Shown here: in pieces, positions 48,767 through 59,137 of the stretch
Numbering within the stretch: position 1 is the stretch's first letter
Layout: each line of letters opens with the position of its first letter
IMG/VR virus record: IMGVR_UViG_3300047497_000260
Span: 3,305 to 67,304 of that record
Direction: 5' to 3' (one strand)
Source of the DNA: a virus
DNA: 64,000 nucleotides
Position numbers and translations under genes: made by a program
Notes under the pieces: model-generated
What the model was told of the DNA's origin: nothing
Seen by the model: only the letters and a program-made list of their open reading frames with translations
Database searches by the model: none

Positions 48767-49222
48767 TCATGATGGCGAATTCCCGGCGGTCGCAGCGTCG
48801 ATCGCCAGGAACCGGCCGTCCTCGAACTCGGCCTCCGACCGCGCGAAAACCTCGCCGTCATCGGCGCGATAGATCACGATCCGCGCGTCGTCGAGCCCGG
48901 GCCAGCGCAGCCGTCCTCGCTCCATTTCGGCATAGGCCTTGCCGCTCGCGATATGAAGCCAGCGCTTCGGCCGCGCCCCGGCCGCCCAGGCGAGGAAAGG
49001 CGCGGGATCGCCGGCGACGAAGGCGGCGACGCGCGCTGCGAGGCCGGCCGCCGCGACGAGCTGGCGCTGGCGCCCGAGCCATTCATCGGGCCGCTTGATC
49101 TCGCCCTTGAGCGCGCGCTCGTAGAGGTTCTTCTCGGCCAGCATCGCCGCCAGCATTTCCTCGGGCAGCGCCCGGACCGCCGAAGCCTCGGGGATCATTT
49201 CGCGGCGAAAGTCGGCCATCAT
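48767..49222 (-). CDS. Hypothetical protein (DUF1653-like C-terminus)
   Basis: VIYRADDGEVFARSEAEFEDGRF. Confidence 0.55.
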   Translation of the reverse strand: MMADFRREMIPEASAVRALPEEMLAAMLAEKNLYERALKGEIKRPDEWLGRQRQLVAAAGLAARVAAFVAGDPAPFLAWAAGARPKRWLHIASGKAYAEMERGRLRWPGLDDARIVIYRADDGEVFARSEAEFEDGRFLAIDAATAGNSPS

Positions 49223-49500
49223 GCTCGCTCCACCGTCGCGAGCGCGGCGCGCATGGCGTCAGCCCTACGCAGCAGCGCGCCAGGCCGGAACGTCGCGCCG
49301 TCCACGCCCTCGCGCGGACGGCCGGGCCGGGTGATCCAGTAGTCGACCTCCTCGCTTACCGCCCGCGCCAGCCGCCCACCGAGCTTATCGGGCAGGTCGG
49401 GATCGAGCAGGATCATCGCGGCAAGGAACAAGGCCTCCCGCCTGGCGCGCTCATCCGCCTTGGGCTGCTCGCGTGGCGCCGCCTTCGCCTCCCCCCTCAA
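49219..49500 (-). CDS. Hypothetical protein
   Basis: TTGA/ATGA coupling on both sides. Confidence 0.5.
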   Translation of the reverse strand: MRGEAKAAPREQPKADERARREALFLAAMILLDPDLPDKLGGRLARAVSEEVDYWITRPGRPREGVDGATFRPGALLRRADAMRAALATVERA

Positions 49501-50092
49501 GACGCCGGCTCCAGCACGCGCGGCGCCTTCGTGAGCATCGCCTCGAAGACGGAAATATCCGTCCCCTTCTCCTCCGCCGGCCGAAAGAAGTCCTCGCGGT
49601 AGGAGCAAGTCGGAAATCTGTCCGCGAATCGCAGATACCAACATTTCCCCCACGGCGGCGGCGCCACACCCGTGACCACGAGTATGTCGCCCTTCTTGGG
49701 GCCACCCGGCGGAAGACGCCAGCCCGGATCCTCGATGCACTCGGCCCGCATCCCGACCGCCCAGTCCGTCATCGCGCCCTCCGCGCATCGCCGGCGCGCG
49801 CGGCCTGCGGCTCCAAGAGCTTTTTGAAGACGGAAATATCCGTCCTGCCGCTCGCCGCCGGGCGGAAGAGATCGGCGCGATAGGCGATGCGCGGATCGCA
49901 TCCCGCGAGGAACAGGCCCTCGATATCGTCGCCGAACCGCCCGATCCCGACGACCGTATAGGCCGCGTCCTTGCGCGGCTCGGGATAGACGGCGAGAAAA
50001 CTGCGCAGCCGCGCCGCGAGGCTGACGCGGTCGTGCCAGCGCCAGCGACCGCCGAAAACGCACACCGCCCTCTGCCCTCTCCGCCAAGCCAT
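49497..50092 (-). CDS. Two tandem paralogous small proteins (50092-49769, 49772-49497)
   Basis: Both show W..G.RA.C ... Y....FRPA....TDISVF..L. Confidence 0.65.
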
Positions 50093-50211
50093 CGCCGCCT
50101 CCCTGAAGACCCCGGCGACGCGCGAACAGGAAGCGCGCCGCCGGGGAAAGACGCCGCTGGGGGTCGCGGCGCCGGCGCGGGCCTGATCGCCCGCGGTTCC
50201 AAATTCCATCC

Positions 50212-50682
50212 TCAACGCCATCCCCGTTCCGTCTCGCCCCGCGCCGCGAGCGCCTCGTCGATCAGCGCTCGCCCCCGCGCCAGAAGTCCCCGCGCCTCAG
50301 CGATCTTAGCCTCAGCCTCAGCCGCCTCATCGCCATCAATTGGAGCGCCGCGCGCCAGAGCCAGCTCCAGCTCATGATTGACCCTGGCCGCCTCCGCCCG
50401 AAGCTCCCTGACCAATGCCGCCGTGACGAGCTCGGCCATCCACTGCTTCACTCCCTTCGACCGCCGCTTGCGGATCGTCTCCGCCGTTCCCGGCGCGATC
50501 CCGATGCTGCGCGCCACGCTCAGCCTCACCTTGTGCAGCGGCTTGCCCGTCCGCGCCCGCGCCATCTCTTCGAGCATGACGAGGTCGCGGCGCACCCGCT
50601 CGTCTGTGTGACAACTCATGGGAAGAATATCCCCGGAACAAGGACGCAAATCCCCTCTCCTTCGTGGTTGGATCATCGCCAA
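50212..50682 (-). CDS. Hypothetical HTH-like protein
   Basis: SVARSIGIAPGTAETIR. Confidence 0.5.
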   Translation of the reverse strand: MAMIQPRRRGDLRPCSGDILPMSCHTDERVRRDLVMLEEMARARTGKPLHKVRLSVARSIGIAPGTAETIRKRRSKGVKQWMAELVTAALVRELRAEAARVNHELELALARGAPIDGDEAAEAEAKIAEARGLLARGRALIDEALAARGETERGWR

Positions 50683-51364
50683 TCACCCCAGGAGAAAGAC
50701 GCCTCAGACAACAAAACCCCAACCCTGCCGGACGGCGCGCCAACGCCGTCCGCCCTAATGCTTGGGCGCCGCAAAGCCCCCGAACGCGACGCCGGTGAGA
50801 CAGCCCCAAAGAAACGCCTGCGGCGCCGTCAGATGGAGGACGACGATGATCGCGGAGCCGACCATCAAGGCGGCGACCAGGAAAACCAGTGACGTCATGT
50901 CCCGCCCCCGAATTGCGCTCCGGCGCGGCGCGTGGAGGGCGCCAAGCGCCGGAGCGCAGACCAGCCGCGGCCCCGCCTCGCGCGAAACGCGCGGCCGGCG
51001 GGATGCGGCGAACCGAAAAGGGCGCGAGGCGCCGGCGGAAGGATGCGCGCCGCTCATGCCGCCGCTCCCGGCCCGGCGGGCGCCATGGGCGGCGACGGCG
51101 CCGAAGCCGGCTCCTGCATGATGAGGAACATGACGCCGAACCCGGGATGAACGAGGTAGCCCCTGTTGAATTCGCCGTTGCAGCCCGGAATTTTCGTCCC
51201 GTCGCGCCGGACGCCGCAAAGGGTCACGCGCTCGGAGAGGAACGAGACGTCCTGTCGCAGCACGAAGGGCGCGCCGGCGCTCATGCCGGGCTCCCGCGTT
51301 GCGCGCGGCGAGCCGGCAAGGCAAACGGCGTTAACCTTGCGCGCGAGGCGCCCTTCACCGGCCC

Positions 51365-51739
51365 TTGAGAATAGAAATAAACAACGCCTTTCAACCGCTT
51401 GCGCGGCAGGACGCGGAGGCGCAGCCTCGCCCTTCGCCTCATTTCATGGGGGCTGCTTGGGGCATGCCCATGGAGATGGGGGCGGCTGGGAGCACCCCAA
51501 TGGACAATTATTGCGAACCCGCGGTCAACACGCCCGTCTTCCTCACTGGCGCCCATACGGCGCTGATCTCCTGCGGCCTCATCCATATCGCCTGGTTCCT
51601 CGAACAGCCGGGCGTCGACGGCCTCGAGCGCATCATCAACCTGCGGACCATCATGCCGCTCGGCGCCGTCGATCCCGTCCGCCGGATCATCGACGAGGCG
51701 CGCCGCGCGGCCCGGGATATCAGCAGGCTGGACAGCTGA
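51365..51739 (+). CDS. Hypothetical protein (start uncertain)
   Basis: EPAVNTPVFLTG...WFLEQ...ERII, converging on cro. Confidence 0.45.
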   Translation: MRIEINNAFQPLARQDAEAQPRPSPHFMGAAWGMPMEMGAAGSTPMDNYCEPAVNTPVFLTGAHTALISCGLIHIAWFLEQPGVDGLERIINLRTIMPLGAVDPVRRIIDEARRAARDISRLDS

Positions 51740-51744
51740 GCCGT

Positions 51745-51990
51745 TCACGCCGCGTTCTCCGACGAGCGATCAGGATTCTTGGTATGGGCGTCGACGAGGG
51801 CCTCATAGGTCACGCCTTCGACGCCCGTCGAAGCGGCGAAGGCGACGATATGGCGCCAATAGCCGGCCGGAATCGATCCGCGCGATTTCCAGCTCGAAAC
51901 CGTCGAGAGATTCTCATGCCCGAGCGAACGGGCGAGAGATCCAACGCCGACCGCGTCGATGATGTCGATGACCGTGCGACTCGCTTCCAT
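51745..51990 (-). CDS. Cro-like HTH regulator
   Basis: IIDAVG..SLA..LG...STVSSWKSRGSIPA.YW; divergent from cI. Confidence 0.85.
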   Translation of the reverse strand: MEASRTVIDIIDAVGVGSLARSLGHENLSTVSSWKSRGSIPAGYWRHIVAFAASTGVEGVTYEALVDAHTKNPDRSSENAA

Positions 51991-51995
51991 GCGCA

Positions 51996-52052
51996 AAACT
52001 ACGCATGATGCGTAATCTTTGTCAACGCCCAATGCGTAACGCATTTTGCGAA
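51996..52052. promoter_or_regulatory. OR-like operators and cro promoter
   Basis: TACGCATGATGCGTA 52000-52014, AACGCCCAATGCGTA 52024-52038, AACGCATTTTGCGAA 52038-52052; minus-strand TTGACA-N18-TAGTTT. Confidence 0.85.
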
Positions 52053-52061
52053 GCCGCGTTT

Positions 52062-52748
52062 ATGGGTGGAGAACTCGCTGAACGACTGCAATTGGCGCGC
52101 GCCGAGGCCGGTTTCGAGCGGCCGACGCAGGCCGCGCGGGCCTATGGCTGGGTCGTCTCCACCTATCTCGGCTATGAAAATGGCGACCGCGAGCCGTCGA
52201 AGGAAACCGCCCGGCGAATCGCCGAGGCCTATCGCGTCTCGCTCGACTGGCTGCTCTCGGGGCGCGGCGCGATGCGCGGGCGGCGGCAGAGCATTCCGGT
52301 CGCCGGCAGCGTCGGGGCCGGCGCGGTCGTCGAAATCGCCGAAGAGCCGCCGTCGATCGCCGCGCAAGACACGCTGACCCTGCCCGGCGATGGCGAGATC
52401 GCCGGCCTTCTCGTGCGCGGCGATTCGCAATGGCCGCGCTTCCTCGACGGCGAATTCATCCTGTTTGACCCGCGGCCGGCCAATCCCGCCGACCTCGTCG
52501 GCCAATATGCGATCGTCCAGACCCTCGACGGACGCCGGATGATCAAGACGCTGCAGCGAAGTCCGGGCGGCGATCTCTGGCGCCTCGAATCGCACAACGC
52601 GCGGCCCGAGGACGACGTCGAGCTCCTCGGCGCCTGGCGCTATCTCGGCGTGCTGCCGGCGAGCGCCGCCGACCGGCGCCCGGGCGTCATGAAGCGCCTC
52701 GCTTCGCGCCTCCCGCTTTCCAAGCCCCGCCGAAAACCGCGGGGCTAG
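52062..52748 (+). CDS. CI-like repressor (XRE HTH + S24 peptidase domain)
   Basis: YLGYENGDREPS...VSLDWLLSGRG; VRGDSQWPR and MIK catalytic motifs. Confidence 0.92.
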   Translation: MGGELAERLQLARAEAGFERPTQAARAYGWVVSTYLGYENGDREPSKETARRIAEAYRVSLDWLLSGRGAMRGRRQSIPVAGSVGAGAVVEIAEEPPSIAAQDTLTLPGDGEIAGLLVRGDSQWPRFLDGEFILFDPRPANPADLVGQYAIVQTLDGRRMIKTLQRSPGGDLWRLESHNARPEDDVELLGAWRYLGVLPASAADRRPGVMKRLASRLPLSKPRRKPRG

Positions 52749-52867
52749 GTCATCCGCCGCTGTCGAGCCCGGAGCCGACAGAATGAGCTGAGAGGATGGC
52801 GGCGATATTGAAAGCCTTGCAAGAGATCGGCGTCCGCGCGACGATATCTTTTTCGGGGAGGGGGATA

Positions 52868-53293
52868 ATGCGCAAATCAATGATCGTCGGACTGGGGATG
52901 TCGCTCTGCTGCAGCGTCTCGTTTGCGCAGGATGCGCCGAAAAAGCTCAATGCGACCGACCTTTCCGTGCAGACCCATAAGTGGGACGGCAAATCGATCC
53001 AGACTACGGTCGCGTGCTTCTACGCCGACGCGGAAGATTATCGGTGCGCTGTAGGCGGCCTTGGCGCTGCGGACACCCTGGTGCGCATTGACGTCACCAA
53101 AATTGACCCGCCGGAAATGAAGAAGGTGGTCGAGGATAACTGCGATACGATCGAAAAGATGAAAACGCGGGCTTGCCGCTTTGTAATCACCTTCACCTAT
53201 GCGGCGAACGACCGCCAGGAGAAAGCCGACGGCACTATCGTAATGATGATCCTGACCGAGGGGAATACGGCGTTTTTCGCCAGGGCGAAATAG
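52868..53293 (+). CDS. Exported Cys-containing (OB-fold-like) protein, possible lysogenic conversion/exclusion factor
   Basis: Signal peptide ...SVSFA/QD; GAGGGGG RBS; lower GC. Confidence 0.6.
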   Translation: MRKSMIVGLGMSLCCSVSFAQDAPKKLNATDLSVQTHKWDGKSIQTTVACFYADAEDYRCAVGGLGAADTLVRIDVTKIDPPEMKKVVEDNCDTIEKMKTRACRFVITFTYAANDRQEKADGTIVMMILTEGNTAFFARAK

Positions 53294-53306
53294 GGCAATG
53301 GCGCGT

Positions 53307-53606
53307 TCAATAGAGCCCGCCGGAGTCGGTCTCGCCGCTCGTCGCCTTTTCCATCAGAATTCCGGGAACGAAAGAGCCTTCCGGCCCGAGCAGCGCCCAG
53401 GCGCTCTTGCACCATTGCAGCGCGCCGAGCCTTTCGAACGCGGCGGCGATTTCGGCGTGGTTGCGGCGCAGGGCGTCGTCGATCATTGGCATCGCGGCGA
53501 GATGCGCATAGGCGTTCATCCGGCCGAAATGGTCGTCGGCGATCGCTTGCGATTCGCCCCCGACGAGAGCGATTGCGAACAGGCATAGGGCGATCGGCGC
53601 GCGCAT
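53307..53606 (-). CDS. Small exported hypothetical protein
   Basis: Signal-like N-terminus; GGAG RBS. Confidence 0.5.
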   Translation of the reverse strand: MRAPIALCLFAIALVGGESQAIADDHFGRMNAYAHLAAMPMIDDALRRNHAEIAAAFERLGALQWCKSAWALLGPEGSFVPGILMEKATSGETDSGGLY

Positions 53607-53643
53607 GCGAATCTCCGTTCTCCGCGACCAAGCGGCAGGACTC

Positions 53644-53736
53644 TTTCAGCCGGAAATGCTTGTCAATGATGGCCCTTCGGGCCACCGCCGACGGCGGCGC
53701 GCGGAGCGCGTCATTGACAAGCATTCCCGGCTGAAA
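53644..53736. repeat. 26-bp inverted repeat enclosing three mini-hairpins (cloverleaf)
   Basis: Arms 53644-53669 and 53711-53736 match 25/26; inner GGCCC-TTC-GGGCC, CCGCC-GAC-GGCGG, CGCGC-GGA-GCGCG. Confidence 0.92.
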
Positions 53737-53850
53737 ACACGCTCCGCCAAGCAAAAAATGAAGGAAACTGCCCCGAACATCACGCGCGATCCTTGCGTTA
53801 TGGTCGGGAGATTCGGCGCCTTTGCGGGCGCGGCTCTTGGACACCCAGTC

Positions 53851-54195
53851 TCAGCGCCCTTTCATCAGTCTGGCGACCGTTTTCTTTTGCACCGCCAGCT
53901 TGCTCTGCAGCGCGAGGATGTCGCCTTCGATATCCACAAGTTTCAACAAGGCGTCTCCGAGTTTCGAACCCTCGAGAAGCGCGTAGAGGCCCTCCAGATT
54001 CTCGGCGCCGGCGACGAGCCCGTCAGGCTCTTCCTGCACGAGCGCCAGGCGGTGGCGGCATAACGAACCTTTTTGCCCAGCCTCGCATTCGCAGGTGAGG
54101 CTGACGCCCGCCTCCGTCGACGACGCTTCGATCACGTAAGCGCGCGAGCCATCGCTGGAAAGCATTTTAAACCGCAAAACCTCAGCCATCGCCAT
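53851..54195 (-). CDS. SWIM zinc-finger protein
   Basis: Y.I.......LTCECEAG...LCRH. Confidence 0.75.
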   Translation of the reverse strand: MAMAEVLRFKMLSSDGSRAYVIEASSTEAGVSLTCECEAGQKGSLCRHRLALVQEEPDGLVAGAENLEGLYALLEGSKLGDALLKLVDIEGDILALQSKLAVQKKTVARLMKGR

Positions 54196-54244
54196 CCCCC
54201 CGATCGTCGACTGGCCGCCCACGCAAAAGCGTATTTCGACAATC

Positions 54245-54287
54245 TACGCATTTTGCGTTGACAACGGTTACGCATGATGCGTAGTCT
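54245..54287 (+). promoter_or_regulatory. OL-like operators and early promoter
   Basis: TACGCATTTTGCGTT 54245-54259, TTGACA 54258-54263, TACGCATGATGCGTA 54269-54283, TAGTCT 54282-54287. Confidence 0.88.
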
Positions 54288-54328
54288 TACGAATCGGCGC
54301 TCAGACCGCCGTCCGTCGGAGGCCCTTC

Positions 54329-54703
54329 ATGTCCGCTGCCGCTGCCCTAACCCTCTCCGCCCCCTCCCCCACGCCCGCGCATCTCATCGCGCTGATCGAC
54401 GCGGAGGCCGCGGAGGCCCGCGCCGCCGCCGACCGCCTCGCCGAACGCGTCAAGCTCGTCCTCGCCTCGCAGCTTCTCTGCGCCGCCGCCGCCGCGCCCG
54501 CGTCCGGCGCGGTCGCCGCCCTTCTCAGCGCCTTGCGCGAGATCTCGGCGATCGCCGCGCGCCAGGCGATCCTCGACCGCCATGGCCGTCTCGTCAGCGC
54601 CTGCGTCCACAGCTGTCTCGACGAATGCGGCCGCGTCGCCGCCGAGGCTCTCGCCCTCCTCGCCGAGCCGCCGGCCGCCGAAAAGCGGAGCCTTCGCCGA
54701 TGA
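54329..54703 (+). CDS. Hypothetical protein, first gene of the early operon
   Basis: GGAGG RBS; ATGA overlap with the next gene. Confidence 0.6.
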   Translation: MSAAAALTLSAPSPTPAHLIALIDAEAAEARAAADRLAERVKLVLASQLLCAAAAAPASGAVAALLSALREISAIAARQAILDRHGRLVSACVHSCLDECGRVAAEALALLAEPPAAEKRSLRR

Positions 54704-56466
54704 GCAACCTCCTCAGCCCGGAATCCGCCTTTCCCCTCGCCGCCATTTCCGGCCTCGATCCGATGAACGCGCGCGGCGCGCCCTGCGACGGCGTCGAGGC
54801 ACTTGCCGCGCTCATCCGCGCCTGCGGCCAGCTCGCCCCGCTCATCCTGCGCGGCGATCCCGACGATCCCTCCGCCTTTCGCGTCCTTGTCGGCGGCCGC
54901 CGCTGGATGGCGCTACGCCGCATCGCCCTCGAGGACGGCGTCGCGCTCACGATCCGCGCGCGCCTCTTCAACGGCGGCGACGCCGAGGCCCTGCAATTCT
55001 CGCTCGCCGAAAACGTCGGCCGCGAGGATCTCCATCCGCTCGTCGAGGCCGAGCGTTTTTCGCAGCTCGCCAATTTCCTCAGCGTCGGCCAGATCGCCGT
55101 CGATTTCGGCATCACGAAGCGCCGCGTCCGCGAGCGCCTGGCGCTCGGCCGCCTGAGCCCCAAGGTCCGCGAGGCCTGGCGCGCCGGCGCGATCGGCCTC
55201 GAACAGGCCAAAGCCCTCTGCCTCGCCGAAAGCGAGGCGCAGCAGGAGGCCCTGCTCGCCGAGGCCGCCGGCCGCCTTCTCTCGCCGCTCGACATCCGCG
55301 CCCGGCTGCGCGGCTCGGCCATGCCGGCGAGCGCCGCCGCCGCCCGCTATGTCGGCCTCGAGGCCTATGTCGCCGCGGGCGGCGAGGTGATGGAGGACCT
55401 TTTCGGCGACGAGCCCTGGCTGCGCGATCGCGCCCTCGTCCAGCGCCTCGCGGAAGAAAAGCTCGCCGCCGACGGCGAGGCGATCCGCGCCGCCGAGGGC
55501 TGGGGCTTCTGCGCGACCGAGGACCGCGAGAGCCGTCTCGTCCGCGCCATCGAGCCCGACTATCTCGACGCCGAGCGCGCCGCCCGCGACGCCGCCGAAC
55601 GCGATCTTGGCGCCGCCGCCGACGAGGCCGCCCGCGAGATCGTTCTCGCCCGCCTCGAGACGATCGAGCGCGTCGCCCACCTGCGCGCCGCCTCGGTGGA
55701 TGAACGCAGGAAGCTCGGCGTCCTCGTTTCCATCGACGCCGGCGGCGCGCTCGCCGTCGAGCGCGGCCTGCGTCTCGAGCCCGAGGCCGAGCCGAAGCCC
55801 GGCAACGACAATGCCGCCAGGGCGGCCGCCGCCGCCCGCCGCGCCCATGGCGCGGGGGCCTCGGTCGCCGCCTTCCCGCCGGTCATCCCCGCCGCCGCGC
55901 GCCGCATCGCCGAGGCGGCGATGACCAAAGCCATCAGCGAGGCCGTCGCCGGCGATGACGAGCTCGCCGAGATCTATGACATCGCCGCGCTGGCGCTCGG
56001 CCGCGGCCCCGGCCCGATCGGGCTGACCCGCCATATCGGACCGCACCGGGTCTCCGATTTCACGCGGGCGATCGGCCGCGCCCGCTTCGAGGACGCGCTC
56101 GAAATGGCCGCCGCCGCGAGCAAGGCGCAGCGGCGCGAATGCCGCGCCGATTGCACCGCCGGTTCGATTGATCTGCGCGGCCGCGAGCCGGCCGCCAACG
56201 CCGCCGTGATCGCCATGGCCGCGCGCTTCAAGCCCGACCTCGAGCGCATGGCCGCCGAGGCCTTCGACTACGAGGCCTTCTTCCGCAACGCCACGCGGGC
56301 GACCGCGCTTCTGGCGATCCGCGAGATCGGCGGCGAGGCGCTCGAGCGCAATCGCGGCTGGCGCCCCGACGACGGCCTTGCCGAGGAGGCCGCCATGCTC
56401 GCCCGGGCGCGCCACTGGCTGCCCGATTTCCTGCGCGTCCCGCGCCCGGCCGAAGCGGCGGAGTGA
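54700..56466 (+). CDS. ParB/RepB/Spo0J-family protein
   Basis: LIRACGQLAPL, VGGRRW.AL, SLAENVGREDLHP, HTH, GG....DLF. Confidence 0.85.
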   Translation: MSNLLSPESAFPLAAISGLDPMNARGAPCDGVEALAALIRACGQLAPLILRGDPDDPSAFRVLVGGRRWMALRRIALEDGVALTIRARLFNGGDAEALQFSLAENVGREDLHPLVEAERFSQLANFLSVGQIAVDFGITKRRVRERLALGRLSPKVREAWRAGAIGLEQAKALCLAESEAQQEALLAEAAGRLLSPLDIRARLRGSAMPASAAAARYVGLEAYVAAGGEVMEDLFGDEPWLRDRALVQRLAEEKLAADGEAIRAAEGWGFCATEDRESRLVRAIEPDYLDAERAARDAAERDLGAAADEAAREIVLARLETIERVAHLRAASVDERRKLGVLVSIDAGGALAVERGLRLEPEAEPKPGNDNAARAAAAARRAHGAGASVAAFPPVIPAAARRIAEAAMTKAISEAVAGDDELAEIYDIAALALGRGPGPIGLTRHIGPHRVSDFTRAIGRARFEDALEMAAAASKAQRRECRADCTAGSIDLRGREPAANAAVIAMAARFKPDLERMAAEAFDYEAFFRNATRATALLAIREIGGEALERNRGWRPDDGLAEEAAMLARARHWLPDFLRVPRPAEAAE

Positions 56467-56469
56467 GCG

Positions 56470-58706
56470 ATGAGCGACGAATTCTATGGCTTCGACGACG
56501 AAGATTTCGCGCTTTGCGAGGAGAACGCCTACGACCCCGGCGAGGATTGCGGCCGATGGCGCAATGGCGCGCTCGGGCCTTACTATTGGTGCCTGAGCGC
56601 CGGGACCGAGTTCTGCGATTTTGAGTGTCCCTATAATAGCCCAAACGCGCAGGCGCAGCTATGAGCGCCGCCCGCAATCCCTACGGCGAGCGGACGACCT
56701 ATAATCGCGTCCTCGACCTCTGGGCCGCCGAGGCCTCCGGCGCCGAAATCGCCGCCCGGCTCGGCCTCAACCTCAGCTACGTCAAGCGCCTCATCAGCGA
56801 GGGCCGCGAGGAGGGCGACAGCCGCGCCCTGCGCCGCAAGGCCGCGCCCGTCACGCTGGCGCGGACGTCGGCGGGAGGCCGGCGATGAAGAGCGACGCCA
56901 TCAATCTGCTGCGCGTCGCCGCTGAGCGCTTCTCGCGCGAGGAAGCCCACTACGCCTTCGCCGTCTACACCCTCGCCAACAACCTCAGGCTTCTGATGCG
57001 CAGCGAGGCGACGATCGAGGACTGGAACAAAATCTATGTCGGCGCCGATCGCGCGCCTTTCGACATCGATGCGCTGCTGCCCATCGAGGACGAAGGCGAG
57101 GATGAGGACGAGCCCGCCACCGTCGAGGAGGAAATATGAGCCCCGATCGGCATCCCCCCGACTCGCCCGGCATCAGGCATCCGTTCGGCGACGACGCCTT
57201 CCCCGTCTCCGAGGCGCCTGTGAAGCTCGCCAACGCGATCGCTCTGGCGCTCGCCCTGCTGCTGTTCGCCGGCCTTCTCGGCTGGCTACTTTTCGGCTGC
57301 GCCTGCGCCGCCGCTGCGCCGACCCCACGGCCGACGGCCACGCCCCTTCATCGTTCGCACGGCTGCAATTCTGCGCCCCGCTTCCCGGAGCCTCGCCCAT
57401 GAAAATCACCCTCTCGAACACGACGACCGTCACCGAAATCAACGGCGTCGAGACGCGCCTGTGGGTCGGCGAGACCGAAGGCGGCGTGCAGGTCAACGCC
57501 TTCATCGCGATGATCGCGGTCAGGAAGGACGCCGACAATTCCGCCTTCGAGCGCGAGCTCATCGAAAAGCATCCGCGCGCCGAGCTGCAGGTCTGGCCGC
57601 TGCGCATGATCCTCTAATCCCGGAGCCCTCGCCATGCCGCAACCGCAACCCGAAAACCTCATCCCCTTCGGCGCCGATCGCGAGGCGCGGCGTCCGATCG
57701 TCGGCCCCGGCGGCGCGACCGAGGCGGTCGACGCGCAGGATGAGGAAGCCGCCCGTCGCCGCGAGGAGGAGGCGCGCCAGCGCCGACGCCGCGACGCCGT
57801 CGCCTGGGAGGCGCGCGAGGCGCTCGCCCGCGACCAGGATTGCGACCGTCTCGCCTATGCCATCAATGTGGTCTCGGCGACCGAATTCCAGCACGGCCGC
57901 GCGGTGACCTCGCGCAAGGGCGCCTGGACGATCCTGCGGATCAAGGACCTCCTCGACGAATTGCACGCCGACGACGCGCCGGTCGTCTATCCCCAATTCG
58001 CCGAAGGCGCCCTCGGCGGCCGCTCCGCCCTGCCGATGGCCGCGATCGAAAAGGCCCTCGGAGTTCCCTCCCCGCTGAAGCGGGACAAGCCGGAGACGGA
58101 CGAGGCGCAGGAAGCTCAGACCACGGGAGAGCCGACATGAGCGGGATGGAAGAGGGCGACTGGATCGAGATCACGCGCGCCAAGGGGGTTGCCGCCAAAA
58201 GCCCCAAGCCCGATTGCCGCGTCCGTATTTGCCTGTTTAAAGCTGGGGGGGGGCCAGAGCTTCGTCAGAAAGTCTATCTCAGCTTCCACGGCGCCGCTGT
58301 CGCCTGGCTGAAGACGAACGGTCCGCGGTTTCGCGTCCAGCTCGGCGCCGATCGCCTGAACCGTCTCCGCCTGCTGCCCGACGCAGCCGGCGGCTACAGG
58401 GGCGCCGGCGAGAAGGGCGCCACGCTGATCATGGCTTTGGGCTGCGTCGCCCCTTGGCCCAAGGAAGTTCGCGCCGCGACGCCGGCGGAATTCAAGGCCT
58501 TCGCCGATCATGCGCTGATCACGCTCCCGCCCGACTGGGCGACGCCGGCCAAGGCGCAGCGCGCCGGCGCGCCGCCGCCGCGTATCATCGATCGCCGTCC
58601 GGAAGGGCCCGTCTCCCTCGGCGATCCGGCGCCCGGCCGCAGCGCCCTCGATCAGCGGCGATCCTCCGATGCGCCGGTCGTTCGCAAAGCCGGCGCGCAC
58701 GCATGA
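56470..58706 (+). CDS. Array of small early hypothetical genes (56470-56664, 56661-56888, 56885-57139, 57136-57402, 57399-57617, 57634-58140, 58137-58706)
   Basis: Mostly ATGA-coupled ORFs with RBSs; 56661-56888 is HTH-like. Confidence 0.6.
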
Positions 58707-58728
58707 GAAATCGCCGCGAGAACGCCTC

Positions 58729-59118
58729 ATGAGTCCGACGATGCGCCGTCTCACGATCTCCGAATTTCATGCCGAAATTCGCGCCCAGGGCGTCTCGTCC
58801 CGCGAGCACGTCGCCTTCCGCTGCGTCATGTGCGGCACGATCCAGTCGGGGCGCGATTTCATCCGCGCCGGCGCGGGCGCGAGTTTCGCCGAGGTCGAGC
58901 GTTTCCTCGGCTTTTCCTGCATCGGCCGCTTCACCGACGCCGGGCCGCCCTTGCGGCCGGCCAAGGCCAATGCGGGCTGCGACTGGACGCTCGGCGGCCT
59001 CTTCCGGATCCATCGCCTCGTGGTGATCGACGAGCGCGGCGTCGAGCACCCGCGCTTCGAGCTCGCCTCGCCCGATGAGGCGCAGGCGCATGAGCGCCTG
59101 GCGTTTCAGCTTGATTAG
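58729..59118 (+). CDS. VVA0879-like Cys-motif phage protein
   Basis: VAFRCVMCGTIQS..DF...GFSCIGR...GCDWTLGGLF. Confidence 0.75.
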   Translation: MSPTMRRLTISEFHAEIRAQGVSSREHVAFRCVMCGTIQSGRDFIRAGAGASFAEVERFLGFSCIGRFTDAGPPLRPAKANAGCDWTLGGLFRIHRLVVIDERGVEHPRFELASPDEAQAHERLAFQLD

Positions 59119-59137
59119 CCGCCGCGACAGCGGCGGC
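59118..59137. other. DGR-type cis hairpin (8-bp GC stem, 4-nt loop)
   Basis: GCCGCCGC-GACA-GCGGCGGC between a stop codon and the avd start. Confidence 0.7.

Noticed and set aside
53644-53736. Cloverleaf as a tRNA gene
   Set aside because: 3-nt loops, 26-bp closing stem, no T-loop, D-loop or anticodon-loop consensus
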